NCBI GenBank assembly: GCA_963790475.1
Contig: CAWBOS010000006.1
Location: 704,001 to 768,000, forward strand
DNA: 64,000 bases
Source of the DNA: an uncultured delta proteobacterium
GTDB taxonomy: Bacteria; Desulfobacterota; RBG-13-43-22
Direction: 5' to 3'
Below the pieces are notes generated by a model that was not told the origin of the DNA, did not search any database, and worked only from the letters and a program-made list of their open reading frames with translations. Shown here piece by piece: positions 1-10,898 of this stretch; the stretch's first letter is position 1; every line of letters starts with the position of its first letter. A program made the position numbers and the translations under genes.

Positions 1-309
1 CGCTCCTAATTCAATCAACGAGGAGACCCGCCCATTCATCCGAACCGTGCCGGAATCGGGCTTATAGATCCCGGTCATGACCTTAAGCAGCGTGCTTTTC
101 CCGGATCCGTTCCGGCCGATGACCCCCAGGCTGATTCCCTGGGGAATTTCCAGGTTTAAATCTTGAAAAACAACCCGGGTTTCTTCTTTGGACTTGCCCT
201 TTATGGAAAAGGGATTCAAGAGCAGGGATTTCAGGGTAATATAGTCCCGCCTGAGAGTAATTTGTTTAAACCCTTTGGAGATCCCTTTTAAGATGACGGC
301 AGGAGCCAT
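1..309 (-). CDS. wzt: Polysaccharide ABC transporter ATP-binding subunit (Wzt-like), 5' part; runs off window start
   Basis: Manual translation MAPAVILKGISKGFKQ...GVIGRNGSGKSTLLKVMTGIYKPDSG...SSLIELGA contains a Walker A motif; immediately downstream of wzm. Confidence 0.9.
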   Translation of the reverse strand, partial: MAPAVILKGISKGFKQITLRRDYITLKSLLLNPFSIKGKSKEETRVVFQDLNLEIPQGISLGVIGRNGSGKSTLLKVMTGIYKPDSGTVRMNGRVSSLIELGA

Positions 310-315
310 AGAGGT

Positions 316-1110
316 TTATACCTTCTCGGCAAAGGTTTCTTTGTGGCGTTCAAAAAAGAACATGCCGATCCCCAATAAAAGCAGGGACAGGACCATAAAA
401 ACTGAAAGAATCCTCAGGTCCGGATTACGGTTATAAAAAAAAACATCCTGGTAGGCCAGGGTGATTTGGGCCATAGGATTGAACAGGACCCACCTGTTGA
501 AAGGGCTCGGGACTTGGGAAAGAGGATAGAGAATGGGTGTTAAAAAAAACCAAAGGGTCAATAAATTAGATAGGATATGTTGGACATCCCGAAAAAAAAC
601 ATTAATCGTAGCCAGGATCAAAACCAGGCCTTCAATAAACAGCAAGTGGAGAAAGATAATCACCGGCAGCCAAAGCAGAGGCCAATCCTGATAGACCCCC
701 ATGGCCCACAGGAACCCAAAAAGAATCGGAAAACTCAACAGGTAGTTTATCAAGTTGGCCAAAACTTTAACGACCGGCAGGACCTGACTGGGGAAAAGGA
801 CCTTGGTGACCAAGCTGCCGCCGGCGGTAATCGAATTGGTTCCCTCCAATAAAGAGCTGGAAAACCAGATCCAGGGGAGTAAGCCGACAAACATGAATCC
901 GGCATAATGTTCTACCCGAATCCTGAGATAAAAATTAAAAACCAGGGCATAGACCCCCAAGAGTAAAAGAGGATTCAGGAAAGTCCATAAAAACCCCAGG
1001 AAAGATCCTCGATAACGGGCTTTCAGTTCCCGGATCACGAGACTATTTACCAGACTTCGGTAACGAAACAATTCCCGGATATGTTGGAGGATCAATGAGA
1101 GCATATTCAT
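316..1110 (-). CDS. wzm: Polysaccharide ABC transporter permease (Wzm/RfbA family)
   Basis: RELKARYRGSFLGFLWTFLNPL N-terminal signature; hydrophobic, 264 aa. Confidence 0.9.
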   Translation of the reverse strand: MNMLSLILQHIRELFRYRSLVNSLVIRELKARYRGSFLGFLWTFLNPLLLLGVYALVFNFYLRIRVEHYAGFMFVGLLPWIWFSSSLLEGTNSITAGGSLVTKVLFPSQVLPVVKVLANLINYLLSFPILFGFLWAMGVYQDWPLLWLPVIIFLHLLFIEGLVLILATINVFFRDVQHILSNLLTLWFFLTPILYPLSQVPSPFNRWVLFNPMAQITLAYQDVFFYNRNPDLRILSVFMVLSLLLLGIGMFFFERHKETFAEKV

Positions 1111-1120
1111 TTAATCTGCG

Positions 1121-1229
1121 AATTCAGAATTCAGCAGTCAGAAGTCAGAATAATAAAGTTTGAATGATCAGGGTATTTAATTGCCATTTTCCTTCCTGCC
1201 TTCTGGATTCTTACTCCTGGATTCTGGGT
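1121..1229. repeat. Inverted pair of degenerate heptamer tandem arrays (TCAGAAT-like / TTCTGGA-like)
   Basis: attcagaattcagcagtcagaagtcagaat ... ttctggattcttactcctggattctgg. Confidence 0.6.
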
Positions 1230-1237
1230 TTTGTTTA

Positions 1238-2635
1238 TTAACACGCTTCCTTGCTGAGTATTCCCTTCCAAAGGGTCTTAATTAAAATTTTGGTATCCAG
1301 GTAAAGTGACCAGTTCTCAATATAATACAGATCGAACTCGATCCGTTTTTCCAGGGAGGTATTCCCCCGCCAACCATGAATCTGCGCCCAGCCGGTCATA
1401 CCGGCTTTCATTTTGTGGCGTAACATATATTTGGGAATCTTGTCTTTGAAACTTTGAATCAGTTCCGGTCGCTCCGGGCGGGGTCCGACCAAACTCATCT
1501 CCCCTTTGATGACGTTAATAAGCTGGGGCAGTTCATCAAAACTTACTTTTCTTAATATCCGGCCCAGGAGAGTCCTCCGGGGGTCTTCTTTTTGCGCCCA
1601 AACCGGACCGGTTTCTTTTTCCGCACCGACCACCATGGAACGGAACTTCAACATTTCAAAGTCACAGCCATCCAGCCCCATCCGTATCTGACGGTATAAA
1701 ACCGGTCCTTTCGAGGTGACTTTGACGGCCAGGGCAATTAATAGAAGGACAGGAGAAAATAGGATCAGGACCAGGCAGGCCAGAATGATATCAAAAGACC
1801 TTTTCAAAATTCGATTCCAGCCGACCATAGGGGATTCCCTTAAATTGATGAAGGGCAAACCCTCAAATTCCTCAACGCCGCCCCGCAAACTGATAAACCG
1901 ATATAAATCGGGAACGATCTTGATGTCCACCATTTCGTCGCGAATCCGGTTTAAGAGCTCCTCCAGTTTTTGATGAGCGGTTAAGGGCAGGGCGAAGATG
2001 ACCAGATTGATTCCCCGGTTTTGGATCACTTGATCAATTTCTTCGTACAATCCCAGGACCTCGATCCCCCGGATTTCAGTCCCAACCTTTTGAGGCACCC
2101 GAGTTAAGAATCCGCTGATCTTCAGGCCTAACTCAGGATGCTTCCGGATGGTTTCGGCCACACTCTGGGCCAATTCCCGGACCCCAACAATCAAAACCCT
2201 TTCCGAACTGAGATGCTTTTTTTGCAGAGTAATGTAATAGCCCTTGAAAAACAACCGGCTTAAAGAAAGGAACAGGAGACTCAGGAGACTGAAATAGAGA
2301 AAGACCAGTCGCGAAAATTCGGTCCTTTTAAAGAAAAAGGTGATAAAGACCAGGACCATCAAGGCAAAGAAGTTGGCCTTGAACAGGGCTATGATTTCCT
2401 GAGTACGAGTAAAAAAACGACGGTACAACCCGGTTAAACGAAGGGACCCTAACCAGATGACCAGGGCAAAAACAAGCAGGATCAGATAATCTTCAAAATG
2501 AGGAACACCCTTAGTCACCGGGATAAAGGGGGTATAAAACCGCAGATAAAAGGCCGCAATCCAACAAACCGTGAGGATAATGAGATCATTAATAAAAAGC
2601 AAAGATTGAAATAGTTGCAGTCTCTTTTTAAACAT
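1238..2635 (-). CDS. Undecaprenyl-phosphate glucose phosphotransferase (WcaJ/WbaP family)
   Basis: KRSFDI, KFRSM, DELPQLINVIKGEMSLVGPRPE, GMTGWAQ motifs. Confidence 0.93.
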   Translation of the reverse strand: MFKKRLQLFQSLLFINDLIILTVCWIAAFYLRFYTPFIPVTKGVPHFEDYLILLVFALVIWLGSLRLTGLYRRFFTRTQEIIALFKANFFALMVLVFITFFFKRTEFSRLVFLYFSLLSLLFLSLSRLFFKGYYITLQKKHLSSERVLIVGVRELAQSVAETIRKHPELGLKISGFLTRVPQKVGTEIRGIEVLGLYEEIDQVIQNRGINLVIFALPLTAHQKLEELLNRIRDEMVDIKIVPDLYRFISLRGGVEEFEGLPFINLRESPMVGWNRILKRSFDIILACLVLILFSPVLLLIALAVKVTSKGPVLYRQIRMGLDGCDFEMLKFRSMVVGAEKETGPVWAQKEDPRRTLLGRILRKVSFDELPQLINVIKGEMSLVGPRPERPELIQSFKDKIPKYMLRHKMKAGMTGWAQIHGWRGNTSLEKRIEFDLYYIENWSLYLDTKILIKTLWKGILSKEAC

Positions 2636-2700
2636 GGGTTAAGGACCTCTCCACGGCTTGAGGAGAAAGGAAGATGAGGCAGGAGAAAATTTTGAGGTTT

Positions 2701-3063
2701 TTAGTCCCCGCGGGCCTTTTCTATGGCTTCTTCTTTTTTCTTGCAGTCAATACAGTGGGTGGTAACTGGTCGGGCCTTTAAACGCTGCTCTGAAATATCC
2801 TCCCCGCATTTTTCACAGATCCCAAAACTTCCATCCTCAATCCGTTCCAGGGCTTCTTCTATCTTCAGAATGAGTTTCCGTTCCCGGCCTCTTATCCGGA
2901 GAAGAAAATTGCGGTCCGATTCCAAAGTGGCCCGGTCAGTCGGGTCGGGGAAATTTTCTTTGGAATCCGTCATCCCGCTGACTGTTCTTTGGGCTTCATG
3001 AATCAAGACACTCCTTTGTTCCTGCAAGAGTTTCTTGAAAAAAGCAATTTTTTTGGCGTTCAT
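2701..3063 (-). CDS. dksA: RNA polymerase-binding protein DksA
   Basis: PDPTDRATLE coiled-coil tip; CEKC...CIDC zinc finger. Confidence 0.95.
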   Translation of the reverse strand: MNAKKIAFFKKLLQEQRSVLIHEAQRTVSGMTDSKENFPDPTDRATLESDRNFLLRIRGRERKLILKIEEALERIEDGSFGICEKCGEDISEQRLKARPVTTHCIDCKKKEEAIEKARGD

Positions 3064-3073
3064 TACTTTTCTC

Positions 3074-3646
3074 CTATACCTTTACTTCATTGTTTGCCTG
3101 AGAAAATTCCTTTCTAAGGTAAACCCCGCTTTTCCCCCCGGATTTCTTTATCAGACCGAGATTCGTTATCTGAATCCCTCGATCAACCGCCTTACACATA
3201 TCGTAAATCGTCAGGGCGGCTACTGCCACTGCTGTTAAGGCCTCCATTTCCACCCCGGTTCGGTCCGCAGCCTGAACTTTAGCCACTATCTCCACCCGGG
3301 GAGGCTCTTGGGCCAGGGAAAAGGATACCTCCACCCCGGTTACCTGAAGCGGATGACAAAGAGGAATGAGCTCATGGGTCTTCTTGGCGGCCATAATGGC
3401 CGATACCTTGGCAACACCCAGGACATCCCCTTTTTTCAAGGAATTCTCTTCTATCCCCCTTAAGGTCTCCGCTTTAACCCGGACCGTTCCAGACGCTATG
3501 GCCTCACGCCGAGTTATCTTTTTTGTACTGACATTGACCATCCGGGCTCGACCCTTGGAATCCACATGGGTCCAGTCCTTCAAGCCAGGAAGGGGATTCC
3601 GGTCTTCAGGCTTTTCAATGAAGCGATTTCCCGACCTTTTTCCCAC
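3074..3646 (-). CDS. moaC: Cyclic pyranopterin monophosphate synthase MoaC (start uncertain)
   Basis: [41 protein letters not shown] motifs. Confidence 0.93.
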   Translation of the reverse strand: MGKRSGNRFIEKPEDRNPLPGLKDWTHVDSKGRARMVNVSTKKITRREAIASGTVRVKAETLRGIEENSLKKGDVLGVAKVSAIMAAKKTHELIPLCHPLQVTGVEVSFSLAQEPPRVEIVAKVQAADRTGVEMEALTAVAVAALTIYDMCKAVDRGIQITNLGLIKKSGGKSGVYLRKEFSQANNEVKV

Positions 3647-3875
3647 GATCCTTGCCTAATAACTCTTTTTTGCCGACGGTTAACTCCATCTCGACAGGTA
3701 AATCCACCTTTCCGGCAGCAATTTCCCGGAGTGCGACAACTACTTCTTTATTTTTGGACTGAATCCGAGGGCCATCACCAGACCGTAGTTGTTTAACTCT
3801 TTGAAATGCCAAATGAATCAATGAAAATCGATTAGGAACTTGCTCAAGGCAATCTTCAATGGTAACTCTGGCCAT
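3615..3875 (-). CDS. rpoZ: RNA polymerase omega subunit
   Basis: [15 protein letters not shown]...ALREIAAG; preceded by AAGGAG RBS. Confidence 0.93.
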   Translation of the reverse strand: MARVTIEDCLEQVPNRFSLIHLAFQRVKQLRSGDGPRIQSKNKEVVVALREIAAGKVDLPVEMELTVGKKELLGKDRGKKVGKSLH

Positions 3876-3991
3876 ACTTGCTCCTTCCTAAGAGTATCTT
3901 TCTAAAATAAATTATGTTATATAACTTATTCTTCAGCAAATGTAAATCCTTTTCTTTGAAAACCTAACTGTTTTAAAATGAATATCTTCCC

Positions 3992-4020
3992 TTGCAAAAA
4001 ATTCATCTTTTTTCTATAAT
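3992..4020 (+). promoter_or_regulatory. sigma70-type promoter
   Basis: TTGCAA-17 nt-TATAAT, about 300 nt upstream of the comM-like gene. Confidence 0.6.
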
Positions 4021-4322
4021 TTAGTTCAAAATTCCTTTCGTCGTTAATCGTTCGGCGTTCGGTAAAAATCTAACCAAAAATATTTAAAATGTTGGGTTGG
4101 TCATAGGAGGTCTTGGTTATAATAACTTCTTATTTTATCATAGAAAAGGTTGATTATGGTTAGGAGTAGAAAATTTAAGAACAAGACCCAGAAGGACCCG
4201 TGCAATAACTATTAGAAAAAAGGTCTAAATTTAAAGATATCAGTGACTAAATTCACGTTTCCTGGTCTCCGTATCAGGGGCGTCAAAAACAATCATTAAC
4301 TAACCGCTACGACCAAAAAACC

Positions 4323-5852
4323 ATGATTGCCAAAACTTTCAGCACCGCCATTTCTGGGATTGATGCCTATATAGTCCAGGTTGAGGTCGATATCGCCAGG
4401 GGGCTACCGGCTTTTTCCACAGTTGGATTGCCGGAAGGGGCTGTCCGGGAGAGTAAAGACCGGGTCAAATCGGCCATTAAGAATTCCGGATTTGAATTTC
4501 CCAGCCACCGGATTACTGTAAATCTGGCCCCGGCCGATATAAAAAAAGAAGGGTCGGCCTTTGACCTGCCCATAGCCATCGGTATTCTGGCGGCGACAGA
4601 CCTCATTTCTTCCACCGTTCTGTCTTCTTACCTGATCTTGGGGGAGCTTTCCCTGAATGGAGAAATAAAACCTATCCGGGGCACATTACCGACGGCTCTA
4701 TCGGTAAAGGATAACGGCTTTCGTGGGCTGATAATTCCCGAGGCCAATGCCATAGAGGCCTCGGTGGTGGAAGGGATTGAGATCATCCCGGCTCGGACCT
4801 TGGGACAGGTGGCTGAATTTTTAAGAGGAATCTCCTCGATCGGCCCACTCCCCCTGGATCAAACTCGACTTTTGTCCTTTTCTCAGGACTATCCTTTTGA
4901 TTTTAATGAGGTGAGAGGTCAGGAGCATGTCAAGCGGGCCTTGGAAATTGCAGCCGCCGGAGGTCATAACATCATTATGGTTGGACCTCCCGGTTCGGGA
5001 AAAACCATGTTGGCCCAAAGGCTGCCTTCTATTCTGCCCGACCTTACTTTTGAAGAAGCCCTGGAAACATCAAAGATTTACAGTGTGATCGGATTGATGC
5101 CGGCCGATCAGGCCCTTATTACTTCCCGGCCTTTCAGGTCCCCTCATCATACAGTGTCCGATGCCGGTTTGATTGGAGGCGGACAAATTCCCCGCCCCGG
5201 CGAAGTCAGTCTATCTCATAACGGGGTACTTTTTTTAGATGAATTGCCCGAATTCAAAAAAAACGTCCTGGAAGTCCTTCGGCAACCCCTTGAGGACGGC
5301 CGGGTTACCATATCCCGGGCTATCACTTCCCTGACCTATCCGGCCCGCTTTATGCTGGTGGCGGCTATGAATCCCTGCCCTTGTGGATTTTTATCCGATC
5401 CGCAGCGGGAGTGTCATTGTACCTATCCACAAATCCAACGCTATAAATCAAAAATTTCCGGTCCTTTGTTGGATCGTATTGATCTCCATGTAGAGGTCCC
5501 TTCCGTTAAATTCAAAGAACTGGCCGGACAATCGGATGGAGAATCGTCGGGATCCATCCGGGAACGGGTCAAGGCCGCCCGAGAAAAGCAAAAAGCCCGT
5601 TTCCACAGTAAAACCATTTTTTGTAACGCCCAGATGGGGCCGAGGCAGATAAAAAAGTACTGCACCCTTTCCGCCGATTCCCAAAACCTTCTGGAAAAAG
5701 CCATGGATTATCTGGGGTTGAGTGCCAGGGCCTATCATCGCATATTAAAGATCTCCCGGACAATTGCTGATCTGGAGAAAGGTGAAACAATTGGTCCGCA
5801 TCATGTCTCGGAAGCCATTCAATACCGGAATCTGGACCGCCGCCTCCTCTAA
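4323..5852 (+). CDS. comM: YifB/ComM family Mg-chelatase-like AAA+ ATPase
   Basis: [49 protein letters not shown]. Confidence 0.9.
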   Translation: MIAKTFSTAISGIDAYIVQVEVDIARGLPAFSTVGLPEGAVRESKDRVKSAIKNSGFEFPSHRITVNLAPADIKKEGSAFDLPIAIGILAATDLISSTVLSSYLILGELSLNGEIKPIRGTLPTALSVKDNGFRGLIIPEANAIEASVVEGIEIIPARTLGQVAEFLRGISSIGPLPLDQTRLLSFSQDYPFDFNEVRGQEHVKRALEIAAAGGHNIIMVGPPGSGKTMLAQRLPSILPDLTFEEALETSKIYSVIGLMPADQALITSRPFRSPHHTVSDAGLIGGGQIPRPGEVSLSHNGVLFLDELPEFKKNVLEVLRQPLEDGRVTISRAITSLTYPARFMLVAAMNPCPCGFLSDPQRECHCTYPQIQRYKSKISGPLLDRIDLHVEVPSVKFKELAGQSDGESSGSIRERVKAAREKQKARFHSKTIFCNAQMGPRQIKKYCTLSADSQNLLEKAMDYLGLSARAYHRILKISRTIADLEKGETIGPHHVSEAIQYRNLDRRLL

Positions 5853-5855
5853 GAA

Positions 5856-8150
5856 ATGCCTTCATCATCCGCTAAATCTCGTGTTCGTCCCAAGCCAAAA
5901 AAACGTAAAAAATTTTTTAGCCGGCTTTTGCTCTTTATAACGATCTTTGTGTTGGTCACCTCCTTTTTGTCCGGTATTTTCTATCTGTTCCTGCTGTTCC
6001 AGTTACCGAACATTAAATCCTTGAGCGATTATAATCCCCCCCTGGCCACCCGGATTTTATCAGCGGACGGGACCGTGATCGGATACCTTTTCAAGGAAAA
6101 AAGGATTCTGGTATCCCTTTCCGAATTGCCTCCCCATTTGATTCAGGCCTTCGTCTCCTCGGAAGACGCCCGTTTTTTTAAGCATCGAGGGGTGGACTTT
6201 TTAAGCATCCTACGGGCCCTGTGGAAGAATATCTGGGCCGGAGAGATCGTTCAGGGTGGAAGCACCATTACCCAACAAGTTACCAAATCCCTCCTGCTTT
6301 CCCCTGAAAAGAGCTTTTCCCGAAAAATCAAGGAGGCCGTTCTTTCTTACCGTTTGGATCAAAATCTTTCCAAGGAAGATATCCTTTATATTTATCTCAA
6401 TCAGATTTATCTGGGGCATGGGGCTTATGGGGTGGAGGCAGCGGCCCGGACCTATTTCGGGAAAAGGGCCCGGGACCTCTCCTTAACCGAAAGCGCTATC
6501 CTGGCCGGTCTTCCTCAAGCCCCCAGCCGGTACTCCCCCCTGCTTCATTTACAAAAGGCCAAGGAAAGACAACGATACGTTCTCAATCGGATGGTCGAGG
6601 ACGGCTATATTTCCGAAACCGAGGCCCGGACTGCGGCCGAACTCCCTGTTTCTTTCAACGGCAACCAGGAGCCCAATTTATCTATCGCCCCTCATTTCGT
6701 CGACCTGGTTCGAAAATATTTATATCAGACCTGGGGTTCGGAATTTGTTTTAAAGGCCGGCCTGGTGGTCCAGACTACACTGGACCTTTCCTTCCAGAGG
6801 GCGGCGATGGAAGCTGTCCTTAATGGGACACAGGCCGTTCAGAGTCGTCATATATACTCCAGGACCATCAAAAACATTCCTCCAGAAGAATTCGACAACT
6901 ATTGCCCGAAACAGGACCAGCCTATCCCCGAAGCCAACAGGAAGAGACCCGAATTCACCAACGGGTTGGTGGTTCAAGTAGATCCTATGGCCCAAACCGC
7001 CAAAGTCTGCCTGGGTCAGGAATGGGCGGTCTTACCCCTGCCAAGGCTGGCGCCTTCTTCCTCACAGGTCAAGGGCCAAGGGGATGATGAAGGGCTGATA
7101 AAAATGGAACCTCCAGCACCGCCTTTTAGGGTCGGAGATGTCGTTCGTTTGCGCCGGGATCCGGTCAGTTTCTCCTGGACGATTTTAGATCAAAATCAAG
7201 TGGAGGCTGCAATACTTTGTGTTGAAACTCGGACCGGATCAATAAAGGCCCTGGTCGGGGGAAAAAATCACAGCCAGACGGAATTCAATCGGGCGGTGCA
7301 AGCCAGACGTCAGCCAGGTTCCTCTTTTAAGCCGATTATTTATGCCGCCGCCCTTGAAAAAGGGCTTACCCCGGCCACGGTCCTGATGGACAGCCCCATA
7401 TTTTTTCGGGGGTCTCCGCCCTGGGTTCCCCAAAATTTCGATCATAAATTTCTCGGCCCAACAACTTTAAGAACAGGATTAATCCAATCCCGAAATATCG
7501 TTTCCATCAGGATCCTTCAACGAATCGGGATCCCCTATGCCATTAACTTTGCCAGACAGCTGGGCATTTCCTCACCCTTATATCCCAATCTTTCCCTGGC
7601 CCTGGGTTCTTCCGCGGTCTCCCTTTGGGAGATGGTTACGGCTTACAATTGTTTCCCGAATTTAGGCCAGCGACTAGCTCCTTATTATATCCAACAAATC
7701 TTCGATCGCAATAAACAGTCGGTTTATACCTATATGCCTAAAGCGGAACAGGTCATGGAACCCTATACCGCTCATACAATGAACCAGCTTCTTGAAGCTG
7801 TCGTCAAAGAAGGAACCGGCTGGAGGTTGAAGGCCCTCGGAAAACCTGTGGCCGGGAAGACCGGAACTACCAATGACTTTCGCGATGCCTGGTTTATGGG
7901 GTTCACCCCTCAATATACGGCCGGTGTCTGGGTGGGTATTGACGATTTAACCCCTTTAGGACCGGGGGAAACCGGGGCCCAGGCGGCCAGTCCAATCATC
8001 CTGGAATTTTTCCAAAAGGCCCTGTCCCAAATACCCGCCCAAGAATTTCCGCTCCCCCAAATCCAAGAAAAAGATTCCGGGGCATTTCAAGACCTGCAGA
8101 GAGATTCTAAGGGGTTTCGAGAAGGGCCACTCCACCGGGATATTGAGTGA
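5856..8150 (+). CDS. mrcA: Penicillin-binding protein 1A (transglycosylase/transpeptidase)
   Basis: EDARFF, GGSTITQQ, RKIKE; SSFK, SRN, KTGT transpeptidase motifs. Confidence 0.92.
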   Translation: MPSSSAKSRVRPKPKKRKKFFSRLLLFITIFVLVTSFLSGIFYLFLLFQLPNIKSLSDYNPPLATRILSADGTVIGYLFKEKRILVSLSELPPHLIQAFVSSEDARFFKHRGVDFLSILRALWKNIWAGEIVQGGSTITQQVTKSLLLSPEKSFSRKIKEAVLSYRLDQNLSKEDILYIYLNQIYLGHGAYGVEAAARTYFGKRARDLSLTESAILAGLPQAPSRYSPLLHLQKAKERQRYVLNRMVEDGYISETEARTAAELPVSFNGNQEPNLSIAPHFVDLVRKYLYQTWGSEFVLKAGLVVQTTLDLSFQRAAMEAVLNGTQAVQSRHIYSRTIKNIPPEEFDNYCPKQDQPIPEANRKRPEFTNGLVVQVDPMAQTAKVCLGQEWAVLPLPRLAPSSSQVKGQGDDEGLIKMEPPAPPFRVGDVVRLRRDPVSFSWTILDQNQVEAAILCVETRTGSIKALVGGKNHSQTEFNRAVQARRQPGSSFKPIIYAAALEKGLTPATVLMDSPIFFRGSPPWVPQNFDHKFLGPTTLRTGLIQSRNIVSIRILQRIGIPYAINFARQLGISSPLYPNLSLALGSSAVSLWEMVTAYNCFPNLGQRLAPYYIQQIFDRNKQSVYTYMPKAEQVMEPYTAHTMNQLLEAVVKEGTGWRLKALGKPVAGKTGTTNDFRDAWFMGFTPQYTAGVWVGIDDLTPLGPGETGAQAASPIILEFFQKALSQIPAQEFPLPQIQEKDSGAFQDLQRDSKGFREGPLHRDIE

Positions 8151-8210
8151 AACAATATAGTCTGTGACGGATGCCAAAATAAAAATATTTCTTTGTTTCC
8201 AGCCACAACA

Positions 8211-8256
8211 AAAAAAGCCCCTTGCCTTCCGTTTCTGAAAGTCAAGGGGCTTTTTC
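8211..8256. terminator. Bidirectional intrinsic terminator
   Basis: AAAAAAGCCCCTTG...CAAGGGGCTTTTT between convergent genes. Confidence 0.8.
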
Positions 8257-8277
8257 GTGAACTCGGGTTAAAAAATA

Positions 8278-8946
8278 TTAGATATCTTTAAGGGAATCTT
8301 TGATTACATAGAGGAGGATAAAATTTTTATCCAAATCTTCGGTCAAGGCTTTTAATTTGTCCTCAGGTATATCTTTGATTCGGATATACACATGACGGCA
8401 GTTCTCCTCACACATGTCATAGGAGGTCAAGATGCTGACCATCCGGCCACCGTGTTTTCGTATAACATCAGCCACATCTTTTATGGAGCCTGGGCGATCT
8501 TCCAGGTTAAAAGCCAATTGGATACCTCCCCGATAAATACCGGTCAGGGAAACCAGGACCTTGAATATGTCCCCCTGAGTGATCACCCCAACTACTTTCC
8601 CCTTATCATTGACTACCGGCAACCCTGAAATTCGATGTTCCAGCATCTTAACGGCTGCCTTCTCCACCGTTTCTTCAGGCCCGATAGTAACTACATTTTT
8701 TGTCATGATATCTTTTATTTTTAACTCTGAAAGCAGGTAATACAATTCATGAATATCTAACGTGGTGGCCTTGGAAGGGGATGCTTCTTTAATGTCCCGG
8801 TCGGTAACCATGCCGATCAATTTTCCTTTATGCAAGACCGGCAATCGGCGGACATTATTTTCCTTCATAATCTGAGAAGCCTTCATCATGGAAGTATCTT
8901 CGTCTATGGTAATAACGTCGCTAGTCATCCATCCTTTAACTAACAT
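8278..8946 (-). CDS. CBS-pair + ACT domain protein (AcuB-like)
   Basis: Two CBS repeats (RRLPV..GMVTDRD; ISGLPVV..GVITQGD) and C-terminal EDRPGSI ACT domain. Confidence 0.88.
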   Translation of the reverse strand: MLVKGWMTSDVITIDEDTSMMKASQIMKENNVRRLPVLHKGKLIGMVTDRDIKEASPSKATTLDIHELYYLLSELKIKDIMTKNVVTIGPEETVEKAAVKMLEHRISGLPVVNDKGKVVGVITQGDIFKVLVSLTGIYRGGIQLAFNLEDRPGSIKDVADVIRKHGGRMVSILTSYDMCEENCRHVYIRIKDIPEDKLKALTEDLDKNFILLYVIKDSLKDI

Positions 8947-9210
8947 GAGTTTTCCTCCGCTGATATTAGTAGTTTAAAGCCTTGGCTTCCCGAAATGATT
9001 CAAAAAAATCCTATTCCCATTTTTATTGATATATTATTATGATTGCCAAGATTGTCAAGTTTTATTTGGAACAAGGATGACCTCCCTCAGGAGATTGGAG
9101 GATCCGGCTTCAGGCGGATTTCCGGCTGGTATAAATCTTTTCTTGATTTTCAAAAGCGGATCTCTCTAAGTGGAGCCTTTTAACAGAAAAGGGGCAAGCC
9201 CAAATAACCC

Positions 9211-9239
9211 TTGACAGGCAATCCCCATTTTTTTAAAGT
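9211..9239 (+). promoter_or_regulatory. sigma70-type promoter
   Basis: TTGACA-17 nt-TAAAGT upstream of the methyltransferase pseudogene. Confidence 0.5.
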
Positions 9240-9370
9240 TGCTCATTGCCTAATCTATTATAATTGTTTAACAATAAAGTAGTGGGAGCCAAAGAAGCCT
9301 TACATCGTTTTTTTTTATCAGGTCTTATTGTTTATTTGATTATCTTTGGGAAAGTTAGAAAACTTCAATC

Positions 9371-9901
9371 ATGCCGGATCGTGAATATGAAATCATGTAT
9401 CGGTTGGAAAACACTCACTGGTGATTCGTGGCCAAGAAAAAGTACATCAAAATTATTTTGGATTGCCATTTGAAAGATAGAAGAGGTAACATCCTGGACG
9501 ATGAGGAAGTGCTTGAGCAGATTCATGAGTTGCTGGATCCCAACAGGTTACTATTAATAACCGATTCGGCCTTTGAATTTTTAATGAGTACCCATGATAT
9601 TGCGGTAATGGCCAGGCACCGCTATACCTTGAAAGAACTAAACACCAAATTAAGATCATCCCATTTTTTAATACAACAGAGTACTTATCTTTATTTCACC
9701 ATTTTTCCCATTGTTGTTCTATTCAGGGTATTGGGAAAACTGGGCTTGATTTTCTCAAAGCCAACCATTCAATCCGATTTAAAACAAACCAGCCCCTATC
9801 TGAATAAATTTCTGGTGGCTTTTGGGTTGGGAGGCAAACTTACTCAAACTTTTAACTTTCTCTGGGGATCATCGCTGGTGATCTTGGGGGAAAAAAGGTA
9901 A
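9371..9901 (+). pseudogene. Class I SAM-dependent methyltransferase pseudogene (nonsense codon plus internal deletion)
   Basis: MPDREYEIMYRLENTHW*FVAKK has TGA at 9422-9424 in a WW motif; NILD is joined directly to DEEVL with the GxG motif missing; C-terminal HD...RHRYT motif retained. Confidence 0.75.
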
Positions 9902-9904
9902 CCC

Positions 9905-10270
9905 ATGTCCCAATTACTTTTGATTTTGGCCTCGGTGGCCTTGACTTCCGTCGGCCAATTATTTTTTAGGAAAGGAATGATGATTTTAGATCATTCTCAC
10001 CAGCACGCTTCCATGTGGAAGTTAATGGGCTATGGTCTTATTAATGGCTATGTCCTCCTTGGATTTTTGTCTTTTGGGGCCGGAGCTGTTTTGTGGCTGG
10101 CCGTTCTGGCCAAAGAAGAGGTTAGTTACGCCTATCCCCTATCCAGCCTGGGATATATTATCGTCCTGATCGGCTCTTTCCTTTTATTCGATGAACATAT
10201 CTCCCCGGCCCGGATCATTGGGGTGCTATTGCTTATCTTAGGGGTTTTTTGTATAGCATATAGCCGTTGA
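9905..10270 (+). CDS. Small multidrug/EamA-like 4-TM protein (ArnE/ArnF-like flippase subunit)
   Basis: SVGQLFFRKG, WLAVL..EVSYAYPLSSLGY, FDEHIS motifs. Confidence 0.8.
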   Translation: MSQLLLILASVALTSVGQLFFRKGMMILDHSHQHASMWKLMGYGLINGYVLLGFLSFGAGAVLWLAVLAKEEVSYAYPLSSLGYIIVLIGSFLLFDEHISPARIIGVLLLILGVFCIAYSR

Positions 10271-10431
10271 ACCGAGGTAAATTTCATTTTACTTACCATT
10301 GAAACAACACAGCAAAAAGATTAAATAGATTTATAGACTTACAAAGATATTATTGATATATTCATTCTATCGCCGTTTGTCTTGGATAATGAGAATAACC
10401 TCCGAGGGATAAGAGGAAAAGATACAAAACA

Positions 10432-10860
10432 ATGATGAATAAGCGGGTTAAAGAGGCTATCTTTCGGCAAGTAGGCCGGGAGCCGTTTGCTGAAAAGTTC
10501 GGTTTGAAACTGGTTGATCTCGAGGAGGGCTATTCCAAGGTGACCATGGTCTTCACCCCGGACATGGAAAACATATTTGGCATGGCCCACGGAGGGGCTG
10601 TTTTCGCCTTGATCGACGAGGCCTTTCAAACCGCCTGCAATGCCTATGGTACGGTAGCCTTAGCTTTAAATATGAATATCACTTATATTGCCTCTCCGGC
10701 TCCCGGAAACCAACTGACGGCCGTGGCTCAGGAATACAGCCGGACTTCTAAAACGGCAAATTATGACATCCGGGTGAATGACAACCAGGGAAATTTGATC
10801 GCTTCCTGTCAGGCCCTGGCTTATCGCAAAGGGCAACCTTTGCCATTCTTGGAACCGTAA
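10432..10860 (+). CDS. PaaI family hotdog thioesterase
   Basis: NIFGMAHGGAVFALID motif. Confidence 0.9.
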   Translation: MMNKRVKEAIFRQVGREPFAEKFGLKLVDLEEGYSKVTMVFTPDMENIFGMAHGGAVFALIDEAFQTACNAYGTVALALNMNITYIASPAPGNQLTAVAQEYSRTSKTANYDIRVNDNQGNLIASCQALAYRKGQPLPFLEP

Positions 10861-10898
10861 GCTATCAAAAAAACTTTTATTAGGCTATTATTTTCTGA

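Noticed and set aside
9422-9424. In-frame TGA as selenocysteine or genetic-code reassignment
   Set aside because: It falls at a Trp position in a gene that also has an internal deletion, and TGA is used as a normal stop elsewhere in the window.
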